From NCBI RefSeq assembly GCF_003991155.1, contig NZ_CP031297.1: 64,000 nucleotides of DNA; one strand, 5' to 3'. The first letter of the stretch is position 1. Every line of letters starts with the position of its first letter. The DNA is from Escherichia coli (GTDB lineage Bacteria; Pseudomonadota; Gammaproteobacteria; Enterobacterales; Enterobacteriaceae). Below the pieces are notes generated by a model, which was not told where the DNA came from, searched no databases, and saw nothing but the letters and a program-made list of their open reading frames with translations. This document shows, piece by piece, positions 27,255 to 35,590 of this stretch. A program made the position numbers and the translations under genes.

Positions 27255-28491
27255 CCAGCTAGAACTCTTTCATGTCCAAGAGGCGTATGCCAAGGCCGAT
27301 AAGCCGTTATCGAATGAGGAGCTCTACGATTCGGTGGCAGAGCTCGCTGGAATCCCGAAAAGCGCTCTGAATGAACAAAGTGAAATTGGCAAGGCAAAGG
27401 TCAAGCGGAGCAAGCTGAAAAGACAGATACGCTGGTATCAGCAAACCCTCAAGTCGATGAACCTTCTCCAGAAGGTGGACGGCGAGCGGGGTGTCTGGGA
27501 GCTCTCAAGCAAAACCAAGAAGGGCCTGCATGAAGCGCTAGGTGGCGTTCGACTGGTCGCTTATTCAACAAATCTTGGGCTGGCGGTGTGGTCAAACAAC
27601 AAGAGCTTTTTCTCTGACCTCGATGAGCCGGTGCATCTGTGTGTGACATCTCCGCCGTTCCCGCTCCGTATACAGCGTGGCTATGGAAACGTTGATGAAG
27701 CCAAATGGGTGGATTTCATTACTCAGGCACTCGAACCGATAGTCAAGAACCTGGTGCCAGGAGGAAGCGTTGTCCTGAATGTCAGCAATGACATATTCGA
27801 GGCCAAGAGCCCCTCCAGATCTCTCTACGTTGAGCGAATGGTGCTGGCGCTCCATGATCGGCTTGGGCTCTCTCTCATGGATAGATGGCCGTGGATCAAC
27901 CTGTCAAAACCACCAAGTCCGACCCACTGGGCTTGTGTGAACCGTTACCAGTTGTGTGCCGGGTGGGAGCCTGTTTATTGGTTCACCAACGACCCTGACA
28001 GGGTGCGTTCTGACAACAGAAGGGTCCTGATCCCTCATACAGAGAAACATCAGAAGCTGATGGCCCAAGGCGGTGATAACAGAGTGGTCAGTTATGGTGA
28101 CGGGGCATATCGACTGAGAGGGAACGCATTCTCTAACGTCACGGAAGGACGGATACCGAAAAACGTTATCCAGCGCGGCCACCGTTGTGCGGATACTCTG
28201 GAGCTTCGGAGAATCGCTAGAGAACTGGGGTTGCCACCGCACCCGGCAATGTTCCCAACAGACATACCTGAAATGGCTATCCGCTTTCTGACGGAAGAGG
28301 GCGACCTTGTTGTTGATCCGTTCAGTGGGTCGAATAAGAGCGGGTTGGCCGCAGAAAGGAATAACCGGCGCTGGATCGCCTGTGACATCATTCTTGAGTA
28401 CATTCGCACCCAGGCGGAAATGTTCACCGGCTTTGATGGATTTTGGATGAACCCGGCCATAGCAGCAGTGGGCGGGGGAGCGTTGAATTAA
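27244..28491 (+). CDS. DNA methyltransferase, beta-class N6-adenine or N4-cytosine (orphan)
   Basis: Motif IV TSPPF precedes motif I VVDPFSGSNKSG; RBS GGAGG before ATG 27244; no adjacent endonuclease. Confidence 0.8.
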   Translation: MMSSQLELFHVQEAYAKADKPLSNEELYDSVAELAGIPKSALNEQSEIGKAKVKRSKLKRQIRWYQQTLKSMNLLQKVDGERGVWELSSKTKKGLHEALGGVRLVAYSTNLGLAVWSNNKSFFSDLDEPVHLCVTSPPFPLRIQRGYGNVDEAKWVDFITQALEPIVKNLVPGGSVVLNVSNDIFEAKSPSRSLYVERMVLALHDRLGLSLMDRWPWINLSKPPSPTHWACVNRYQLCAGWEPVYWFTNDPDRVRSDNRRVLIPHTEKHQKLMAQGGDNRVVSYGDGAYRLRGNAFSNVTEGRIPKNVIQRGHRCADTLELRRIARELGLPPHPAMFPTDIPEMAIRFLTEEGDLVVDPFSGSNKSGLAAERNNRRWIACDIILEYIRTQAEMFTGFDGFWMNPAIAAVGGGALN

Positions 28492-28498
28492 GAGAACA

Positions 28499-28954
28499 AT
28501 GCCCATGAATTTAAGTATTATCGCAAGAGTCTTGCGCCAATTGGCAATTATTTTTGTCCTCTCCGTGCTTCTTGTGGCCGGATATATCTACTATGCCGGT
28601 AAACAACATCAGCAGGCAGCAATCAACTTTTGGGGTGAGCAATACCAGCCTGATGCCATCTCGACGCAAATTGATTGGGGGTTTATCGGTAATTGGGTTA
28701 TTCCTCGCGGGGGGCCAATTATTTCTCCGGGCATTGCTGGAGTGTGTCCCAATACACCACTTCCCGTTGTGCCTCTTAAAACTGGTCCTGATGGCCGGGG
28801 TTATGTTCTCTGTGGCATTGGAAGTGAGGCTGTCGCTACCAGCTTTGATGTCAATGACATCCAGGATGAAGAGATACGAAACACATTAAAAACGATGTTT
28901 GAGGAAGAATTTGAAAAAACTGTTAAGGGGGATAAATGGACACTCAAGAACTGA
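28499..28954 (+). CDS. hypothetical membrane protein
   Basis: 151 aa, N-terminal TM helix. Confidence 0.4.
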   Translation: MPMNLSIIARVLRQLAIIFVLSVLLVAGYIYYAGKQHQQAAINFWGEQYQPDAISTQIDWGFIGNWVIPRGGPIISPGIAGVCPNTPLPVVPLKTGPDGRGYVLCGIGSEAVATSFDVNDIQDEEIRNTLKTMFEEEFEKTVKGDKWTLKN

Positions 28955-29247
28955 ACCACATGATAGCTGAGGCCTACAGCCGGGATTTGCAAAAGCCTGA
29001 GCTGGTATCGTTCAAAGAGGTGAGTCGCTGGGGGCGTAAGTACGGTTTCCCCGTCGTATGCACTCTGGCCGATGAAAGTGAAGAAAAGCAGATTCACTGG
29101 GCTGCCAGTTTGCTCATTCAAGTAGCCGGTACTTGGCCGCGAGAAGATATGCCGGAATTGCTCACACCGGAACGGGGCTCCGCGCTGTTCAACGATGCGA
29201 TGCAGTTATTGGCGAATGGGCTTGGAGCAGCAAATCAATTGCGCTGA
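28936..29247 (+). CDS. hypothetical protein
   Basis: 103-aa ORF. Confidence 0.4.
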   Translation: MDTQELNHMIAEAYSRDLQKPELVSFKEVSRWGRKYGFPVVCTLADESEEKQIHWAASLLIQVAGTWPREDMPELLTPERGSALFNDAMQLLANGLGAANQLR

Positions 29248-29267
29248 CAGCACAAACCTTGTCAATA

Positions 29268-29292
29268 AGCGGCCTTCATGGCCGTTTTTTTG
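29268..29292 (+). terminator. rho-independent terminator
   Basis: GCGGCC-TTCAT-GGCCG hairpin followed by T8. Confidence 0.6.
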
Positions 29293-29326
29293 TTTAAAGT
29301 TTGTTTTAACAGAACCATAATTAGAT

Positions 29327-29354
29327 ATTGCAGTATCATTTTATGATCGCTACA
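29327..29354. promoter_or_regulatory. 28-bp palindrome family copy (ATTGCAGTATCATTTTATGATCGCTACAA)
   Basis: Upstream of parA, abutting parS-like site. Confidence 0.5.
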
Positions 29355-29355
29355 A

Positions 29356-29373
29356 TCTTTCACATGTGAAAGT
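29356..29373. promoter_or_regulatory. parS-like palindrome TCTTTCACATGTGAAAGT
   Basis: 17/18 match; 42 bp upstream of parA start. Confidence 0.6.
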
Positions 29374-29414
29374 TTGGGGGTGGTCTTGATCACCTGCGAG
29401 AAACCAAAATAGAG

Positions 29415-30206
29415 GTGGGTATGGCAAAAGTAATCAGCTTCGCCAACCAGAAAGGCGGAGTGGGTAAGAGTACCCTCTGTATCCAGCAGGCCTTTTATCT
29501 GGCGTTACAGAAGAAAAAGAAAGTGCTGGTCTTGGATATGGATGGTCAGGGGAACACGTCCTCTCGACTGGCCCCCAGACGAGAGCTTGAGGATGGTGAC
29601 TACGAGCCCATCCTCACTGGAACCAAAACCGCAGAGCTGTTCGCTTACGAGCTGGACGGCATTGAGGTCATGCACTGCCCTTGCGGTGCAGACCTCATTC
29701 ATACGCCGAAGAATGACCCGGATCTGTTTGAGATGGAGGCTGTGCCTCTTGACCAAGCCATGAATCCGGCTCGCCATTTGGCTGAGCTGTTTGAGAACTA
29801 CGACTACGTGCTGATTGATTGTCCGCCTAGCCTCGGCAGAAAGCTGGTGGCAGCGTTGGTGATGTCTACCCATGTGGCATGTCCGGTAAAGCTCTCTGGC
29901 TTCGCTGTGGACGGCGTAGAAGGTCTCCTGAACACGATTATTGGTGTGCGCGAGGCATACAACCAAAATTTGGAGATCCTGGGCATCGTGATCAACGACA
30001 TGGACCGCTCTGTCAATCACGACAAAGCCCTCAAGTCGCTGGAGAACACAGTTCCGGATCTGCTGTTTGAGAACAAAATTATGCACCGGCCTCCGCTCGA
30101 TACGGCGACGACTGATGGCATCCCTGTCTGGGAGCTTCGCTATGGACATGTCGCGGCCAAAGAGGTTGAGGCGGTGTTGGAAGAACTATTAGAGAAGGTG
30201 GGCTAA
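29415..30206 (+). CDS. parA: ParA partition ATPase (Soj/MinD superfamily)
   Basis: 263 aa; deviant Walker A FANQKGGVGKSTL. Confidence 0.9.
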   Translation: MGMAKVISFANQKGGVGKSTLCIQQAFYLALQKKKKVLVLDMDGQGNTSSRLAPRRELEDGDYEPILTGTKTAELFAYELDGIEVMHCPCGADLIHTPKNDPDLFEMEAVPLDQAMNPARHLAELFENYDYVLIDCPPSLGRKLVAALVMSTHVACPVKLSGFAVDGVEGLLNTIIGVREAYNQNLEILGIVINDMDRSVNHDKALKSLENTVPDLLFENKIMHRPPLDTATTDGIPVWELRYGHVAAKEVEAVLEELLEKVG

Positions 30207-30209
30207 GCG

Positions 30210-31391
30210 ATGGCATTGAACAATTTAAAAGGCCTGTCCGAACTTGCTAAAGCCGCCAAAGGCAAGAAAGGCAAAGAGGTTCTTACCGTACCTGTTGACG
30301 ACGTTGTATCCAAGGTCCAGGTTCGTAAGCGCTTCCGTAACATTGAAGAGCTGGCGGCAACCTTGCTGACCGAAGGGCAGCAATCTCCGATCATCGTGTT
30401 CCCGAAGAATGAAGAAGGCAAGTTCGTCATCCAAAAAGGGGAGCGGCGTTGGAGAGCGTGTAAACACGCTGGTATCGAGACCATTGACCTGGTGGTGAAT
30501 GATAAGGTCCAGAACAATTTGGACGAGACTGCTGGTGAGCTGATCGAAAACATCCAGCGGGATGACTTGACTCCGGTAGAGATTGCCGAGGCGTTAAACC
30601 TGTTTATTGAAGAAGGTTGGAAGCAAAAGGATATTGCTGATCGGCTCGGTAAGAATATCACTTTCGTATCTACGCATCTGTCGTTGCTCAAGCTACCTGA
30701 CTGTGTGCGTGAGTTATACGATAATGAAGTATGTTCTGATACAGAGACCTTGAATAACCTTCGTCTCTTGTTCGATCTGAATGAAGAAAGATGTCGCGCC
30801 GTCTGCGCGGTGGCTATGTCTGACGGGATTACTCGTAAACAAAGCCGTGAGCTGCTGAATGATGCCAAACGTATCAAAGACGAAATGGAAAAAGGCCCAC
30901 TGACTGGCTCCCACCAGAATGATGAGCTTGGCGCTGGCAACACCGACGAGCAATCCCTCAACTCGGGTGGGGATGGTACGTCGGAACAAACCGGGAATGA
31001 CGACCTGAACCTTGCCCAGGAGGAACTGGAAGGGGGTAAAAATTCCAATGGTCAGGACGATGATGACGAAGACCCTTTGCGTGATGAAGAGGGTGAGCAC
31101 AAAGATCCTGTCAAGCAGCCAGATAACAGCGGCAAGGACAAAGATGAAGAAGGCGGTGATGCTCTTCCTCCTCTGCCGAAGGACAAGGAATGGAAGAACG
31201 TCCGGGCTGACAGTTTGATTTTTGCTGTCAACGTTAACCTGGATGGCGAGACCAAACGTGGAGTCATCATGACCGACCGTGTTGCTCTGGTTCCGTCTAC
31301 TGTCTGGGTTAAAACGCTCGATGGCGAAGGCAAGGAAAAGCATGTTCATGTGCCTGTGTCAGACATTGAACTCCTGAGTGTCGAAGGCTAA
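30210..31391 (+). CDS. parB: ParB partition protein with acidic C-terminal extension
   Basis: 393 aa; ParB motif KGERRWRA, HTH; immediately downstream of parA. Confidence 0.85.
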   Translation: MALNNLKGLSELAKAAKGKKGKEVLTVPVDDVVSKVQVRKRFRNIEELAATLLTEGQQSPIIVFPKNEEGKFVIQKGERRWRACKHAGIETIDLVVNDKVQNNLDETAGELIENIQRDDLTPVEIAEALNLFIEEGWKQKDIADRLGKNITFVSTHLSLLKLPDCVRELYDNEVCSDTETLNNLRLLFDLNEERCRAVCAVAMSDGITRKQSRELLNDAKRIKDEMEKGPLTGSHQNDELGAGNTDEQSLNSGGDGTSEQTGNDDLNLAQEELEGGKNSNGQDDDDEDPLRDEEGEHKDPVKQPDNSGKDKDEEGGDALPPLPKDKEWKNVRADSLIFAVNVNLDGETKRGVIMTDRVALVPSTVWVKTLDGEGKEKHVHVPVSDIELLSVEG

Positions 31392-31433
31392 TAAAGGAGG
31401 CCCAGCCAAAGAGGTTGGGCCTGTCAAGAACAG

Positions 31434-31712
31434 GTGAATATGAAGATCTCACAGGACATGAAAAGAAAATTTGCTTTGGTGAATGCCCTGTCTAAAACGG
31501 AGAAGCCAAGTCTCCAAGACCTTCACAAGGCAACAAATATTCCTGAATCAACGATCAAGAGACAGTTGTCTGCCCTGCGTGATGAGTTCGGAATGAATAT
31601 CTTGTTCGTCAGGGAGTCTACCGGCGAACGAGGTGCCACCGGCTACTACATGCTGACAGACTGGGGGATCTTAGACAGGTCTTCGTTCTTGAACCGGTAC
31701 GGAAAACTGTAA
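31434..31712 (+). CDS. small protein, possible winged-helix regulator
   Basis: 92 aa; PSLQDLHKATNIPESTIKRQLSALRD. Confidence 0.4.
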   Translation: MNMKISQDMKRKFALVNALSKTEKPSLQDLHKATNIPESTIKRQLSALRDEFGMNILFVRESTGERGATGYYMLTDWGILDRSSFLNRYGKL

Positions 31713-31740
31713 GGTGCCATAGAGCAGCGCATTGAATGCA

Positions 31741-31767
31741 AAACCCGCCAATCGGCGGGTTTTTTTA
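31741..31767. terminator. bidirectional rho-independent terminator
   Basis: CCCGCC-AATC-GGCGGG hairpin with A-run upstream and T7 downstream, between convergent genes. Confidence 0.65.
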
Positions 31768-32433
31768 TGCTGCCACGGTAGCGGCGGTTGCTGGAGGTTT
31801 TTCGGCGTAGTAGGCGATGTTCTTGGTTCGTCTGCTAAGGGTGTCTATGCCGACGATACTCAGCGTTTTGGGAGTGGTATTGCGGGACTCGAAATAATGG
31901 AATAGCTGGATCATGCAGCACTTCACCATCAACGGATCGATGTCTTCCAGGTAGATTGAGGCTTCTCTCAATGCTTCGGGACCGTGGTTCTCGATCAGGT
32001 TTTCCATCCAGTGAATGGCGTTGATGCCAGAACCACAGCAGGGCTCATAAAAGTCTGCCGAAGACTGTGAGCCAACAATGAGTGACATCAAGCGGCCAAT
32101 CTCTGGAGGAGTGGGGAAGTAATTGGTGCCCTTCTTGTGGAAGCCAGACATGCTTAGGACGTAACCCAAAACATCGCTGGTGGGGTCGCGCTTAATGGCG
32201 GCAGACAGGACGTGAGAGAGCTCGAAGGCGACCGGCTGAAGTTCTTCCGGGATCTCCTCCTTGGCTGGGTATAGGCCAGTCTGCAAGTATGCCCACTGGT
32301 CAATAAAGGCCTCAACAAACCGAGATGTGCCCATTCTGTATCGGGACTGCTCGATGAGAGATAAAGCCTTGGATGTAAGTTGCTGTGTTTCTGGTGACAT
32401 AAGCGCTCCAGTTTGTTCTGACGAAACATTCAA
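31765..32433 (-). CDS. N6-methyltransferase-like protein lacking catalytic motif IV (possibly truncated)
   Basis: 222 aa; motif X NYFPTPPEI and motif I FYEPCCGSG present, no (N/D/S)PP(Y/F/W) motif. Confidence 0.4.
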   Translation of the reverse strand: MNVSSEQTGALMSPETQQLTSKALSLIEQSRYRMGTSRFVEAFIDQWAYLQTGLYPAKEEIPEELQPVAFELSHVLSAAIKRDPTSDVLGYVLSMSGFHKKGTNYFPTPPEIGRLMSLIVGSQSSADFYEPCCGSGINAIHWMENLIENHGPEALREASIYLEDIDPLMVKCCMIQLFHYFESRNTTPKTLSIVGIDTLSRRTKNIAYYAEKPPATAATVAA

Positions 32434-32704
32434 GAGGTAGAAACGAAGAACCCCGCCGAAGCGAGGTTCTTTGCTTTCCTGCCTGATCGCCTTAATGCCG
32501 AAGCAAAGACGTCTTGATAAAGTCGGGGCAACCGGACATTTCCCGGTCGATGAAGTCCTGACGTTTCGCCAGCGGCCATTTCATGAACGCCGCGAGCGGG
32601 ATGCGCTTATTCGTGTTAGTATTGCCTTGCAGCATAACAAAGCTCCTTAATTGCTTGATTGTGTTGTAAGGGCTGCAACGAAGGTCGAAGAGCGATGCGG
32701 CCCT

Positions 32705-32740
32705 TATTTATGATTATTACAGCATCATAAAATAATATCA
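32705..32740. promoter_or_regulatory. 28-bp palindrome family copy (TTACAGCATCATAAAATAAT core)
   Basis: Divergent intergenic region 32434..32952. Confidence 0.45.
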
Positions 32741-32770
32741 AGAGACAATAAAACGATACCAAGAAACAAA

Positions 32771-32788
32771 ACTTTCACATGTGAAAGT
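32771..32788. promoter_or_regulatory. parS-like 18-bp perfect palindrome ACTTTCACATGTGAAAGT
   Basis: Exact; divergent intergenic region. Confidence 0.6.
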
Positions 32789-32847
32789 CTCCCCGCTGTC
32801 CACCTCGCACACTCCAAACGCCCAAACGCCCAAATAACTTGTCTATC

Positions 32848-32862
32848 TGCCCAAAATGGGCG
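32848..32862. promoter_or_regulatory. TGCCCAAAATGGGCG motif
   Basis: Identical to copy at 18227. Confidence 0.4.
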
Positions 32863-32921
32863 CGTAAGCGTCCGATAGAAAGTAATTGTTAGTGAGATAT
32901 TGACTACACGGAATATGGCTA

Positions 32922-32952
32922 TATCATAGAATCATAAAATGATGCTGTAAAA
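32922..32952. promoter_or_regulatory. 28-bp palindrome family copy (ATCATAGAATCATAAAATGATGCTGTAAAAG)
   Basis: Immediately upstream of ORF 32953. Confidence 0.5.
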
Positions 32953-33339
32953 GTGATATGTATGCCAAAGCAAGCAAATCATCTCCGTTTGAAGAAACCT
33001 TGCGCCAACTGTCCATTCCGGAAGGAGGGCGCTATCGAGCTGGCCCCTGGGCGATTAGAAGGCATCATCAACGACATCGTTGAAAACGACATGACGACGT
33101 TTCATTGCCACAAGACCGTGCACTCAAAGTCAGGTGGTGAATGGGATGAAGAGGGTAACTATGCACCTTCGGGACAAGAGTCGATGTGTGCCGGTGCTGC
33201 GGCTTACTTGATGAAAATAGGCAGGCCGACAGTGGCTATGCGAATTGCCTTTGCGTTTGGTGATGCAAAGGTGTCCGACTGGGACGAAGCTCAAGAGCTG
33301 GTTGTCGAGCCTTTGGTACAAGGGGACCGAAATGAGTAA
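32953..33339 (+). CDS. Cys-rich hypothetical protein
   Basis: 128 aa; CANCPF ... CH. Confidence 0.4.
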   Translation: MICMPKQANHLRLKKPCANCPFRKEGAIELAPGRLEGIINDIVENDMTTFHCHKTVHSKSGGEWDEEGNYAPSGQESMCAGAAAYLMKIGRPTVAMRIAFAFGDAKVSDWDEAQELVVEPLVQGDRNE

Positions 33340-33613
33340 GCGATATGCGGTAGTGCCGCATCCGAAACTGAAACGAGAGTACAAAGGTCGGCTGGTCAGA
33401 ACTACTCGGGTACTAAAAAACGGCTGGGGGTTGATCCCTCTAGGGGCTGTGGCAACGGTCACGCATCAGTCTCCCAAGGGATCAGAACTGACCTTTGAAC
33501 CATGCGACTGCTGCGGCCTGAAAGCCATTATCAGTCATGTAAGCATGGACTCCATTGAATTTATCGAACCGATTACTGAGGAAGAAGATGGACGAGAACA
33601 AGCTCAACATTGA
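33332..33613 (+). CDS. hypothetical protein
   Basis: ~93 aa from ATG 33332; contains CDCCG. Confidence 0.35.
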   Translation: MSKRYAVVPHPKLKREYKGRLVRTTRVLKNGWGLIPLGAVATVTHQSPKGSELTFEPCDCCGLKAIISHVSMDSIEFIEPITEEEDGREQAQH

Positions 33614-34262
33614 AACGGTCGATGGGCACAACGAGCTGGTAGTCAGCTTTTTGTCCAGAATGGTAAGCCTGAGTGACGAGGAAAAGCAGACAGTATTGTC
33701 CTGCCTTCCGGACACCGGCAAACAAACAATCACCCAGCTCTATGAGGCGCTGCGTTCTCAAGGGCACCAGGATCTTGCAGAGAAAGTCGAACCATACCTC
33801 CAGCAGGGGGTGTTTGGGCCGATCTTCGATAACGCCAAGTCCAAGGTGTTCGTTCGGGACGAAGCGCCTTTTTTCCTCATGGATGAAAATCCTTTGAACT
33901 GGGATGACGCTAAAGCATTCAATCGCCTACGTATGAGTACGACCTGTGTTCTTGGCCGTGGCGGCTGGACTATCGGTGAGCGCTTTGATGACCGCTTTGA
34001 TACCGAGGTGGGCGGAACACAGCTTATCGTCACTCAGTCACTCAACGAAAAAGGTGAGATTGAAGGAGGACTTCCTACCTCGATGTCGCTGAATGACTTT
34101 GCTGAGTTCCCTAAACAGCCAAGGCCTCCTCAAATAGTCGATTACCAGGAAGACAAGCGATACACGCTTGAGGAAGCGGAAGCTATCCCTGAGCTCGCAC
34201 CAGTGGTTCAGCGTCTGAAAGAGCGCATCGAAGAGTATGAGGAGAGAAGAGCCCATGATTGA
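33588..34262 (+). CDS. hypothetical protein
   Basis: ~224 aa from ATG 33588. Confidence 0.4.
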   Translation: MDENKLNIETVDGHNELVVSFLSRMVSLSDEEKQTVLSCLPDTGKQTITQLYEALRSQGHQDLAEKVEPYLQQGVFGPIFDNAKSKVFVRDEAPFFLMDENPLNWDDAKAFNRLRMSTTCVLGRGGWTIGERFDDRFDTEVGGTQLIVTQSLNEKGEIEGGLPTSMSLNDFAEFPKQPRPPQIVDYQEDKRYTLEEAEAIPELAPVVQRLKERIEEYEERRAHD

Positions 34263-34761
34263 CCTGACATGCCGCCTTTGTGCTGGTTCCGGTGTTTATG
34301 ACTTTTCCCCTTCCAAAGAAACCTGCGGTATGTGCCAAGGGCATGGGAAATTTGTTGACGCCAAAGCAATGCTGGTGGCTGCCATCGAGCTGGCAAAGAA
34401 GCAACGCGAGCCTGTCATTGAAGTGGTAATGGGGTTGGTGCTCCAGGGTGTGGATGTTAGAGGGAAGGAGCCTGGAGAGCGGTTCAAGGCTGCTCAGGCC
34501 TTTAACGCCCCAGGGCACAACCTATTACGATACGGGTGGGATGCTTGGGAGCTCTATGCCCTCCATGAGGGTGTAAGTCCAGAACTTGCATCGCTTGGCC
34601 GAAGTGTGATGCGCGAGTGGCATAGCCATTCATGGGGCCGGTTCAGTGGAGAGGTAGGCTTTAACGCCGCCGAGATCATGATCAAACAGGCCAAAGACAA
34701 CCCAGAAAAAGCAGAAGAGCGCTGGGCGTTCCTGCTTAGTGAAGAATGGATGGTGGAGTAA
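34255..34761 (+). CDS. hypothetical protein with two CxxCxGxG (DnaJ-type) zinc-finger motifs
   Basis: CRLCAGSG and CGMCQGHG near N-terminus. Confidence 0.4.
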   Translation: MIDLTCRLCAGSGVYDFSPSKETCGMCQGHGKFVDAKAMLVAAIELAKKQREPVIEVVMGLVLQGVDVRGKEPGERFKAAQAFNAPGHNLLRYGWDAWELYALHEGVSPELASLGRSVMREWHSHSWGRFSGEVGFNAAEIMIKQAKDNPEKAEERWAFLLSEEWMVE

Positions 34762-35078
34762 TTGTCGTGACAGAACAAACCAATAAGAAATTGATGCTGG
34801 ATGAGTCTCCAGATATGCCCCTGCAATTCAAGTGGAGAAAGTTTGGTGGTGCGATTTTTACTGCCACGCAAACAATGGAGCACGTCAAGGAAGGACGTAA
34901 GCTCGGGCCGACTCCAGCAGGGATGCTACCTCAAGAAGTGTGGCTGAACCGCCTGATCGCTATGGAAGAAACCCTGCCACGAGGGAAGTTTTTTGACAGA
35001 TTCCGCCGCCGCGACAAAAACGAGCAGTATGACTTGGCCGCCGATCATCTCCGTCTTGTCGGACAGAAAAAGCGATAG
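34746..35078 (+). CDS. hypothetical protein
   Basis: 110-aa ORF. Confidence 0.4.
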   Translation: MDGGVIVVTEQTNKKLMLDESPDMPLQFKWRKFGGAIFTATQTMEHVKEGRKLGPTPAGMLPQEVWLNRLIAMEETLPRGKFFDRFRRRDKNEQYDLAADHLRLVGQKKR

Positions 35079-35086
35079 GGGGATAG

Positions 35087-35587
35087 ATGAAAGCCCAGGC
35101 ATACCCACCATCAGTCATTCGTAAAGGCGCTGTGTTGTACGCAGCCCTTTATTACATCTCTGATGATGATAAAGCAAAGGTCGAGGTTACAGAGTGGATA
35201 GTTCGCTCTATTCAGAAACGACGCAACTCAACCAGCGATCAACGCTATGTCAATCTTGCCCAAAAGTTAGATGGGATTACGTGGGGGAAAAGGTCACGGA
35301 AGAATGGGGACTTTGGTTGGTTGCCATCTATACCGAGCTGGTGCTTGAAGCAGTTCCGGGAAGGTGGCGAATTGCCTTTTGGCGTTTATACGACGCGACT
35401 GGCCGCTCTCAAGTTTGCGAAAGTCAGCTTGCAGGAAGAGGTCCAATATTGCGAGGCCGAGCTGAAAAAGGCTCAGACAGAAGAGGATACTCAGGAACTC
35501 CAAGAGGAGCTGGCGGAGAACCAGAGACTTCTGAAAGCTGCTGGAGCAATGGTGAAGCGCGAGCAAAACAAGAAGAAAAGAGGTTGA
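35087..35587 (+). CDS. hypothetical protein with coiled-coil C-terminus
   Basis: 166-aa ORF. Confidence 0.4.
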   Translation: MKAQAYPPSVIRKGAVLYAALYYISDDDKAKVEVTEWIVRSIQKRRNSTSDQRYVNLAQKLDGITWGKRSRKNGDFGWLPSIPSWCLKQFREGGELPFGVYTTRLAALKFAKVSLQEEVQYCEAELKKAQTEEDTQELQEELAENQRLLKAAGAMVKREQNKKKRG

Positions 35588-35590
35588 CCA

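Noticed and set aside
30203-31391. Minus-strand ORFs (281, 211, 93 aa) within parB
   Set aside because: Antisense to parB, which has canonical motifs; products are Ser/Pro-rich low-complexity.
32497-32640. 47-aa minus-strand ORF (MLQGNTNTNKRIP...) upstream of the MTase-like gene
   Set aside because: Too short to support without homology evidence; may be real but left uncalled.
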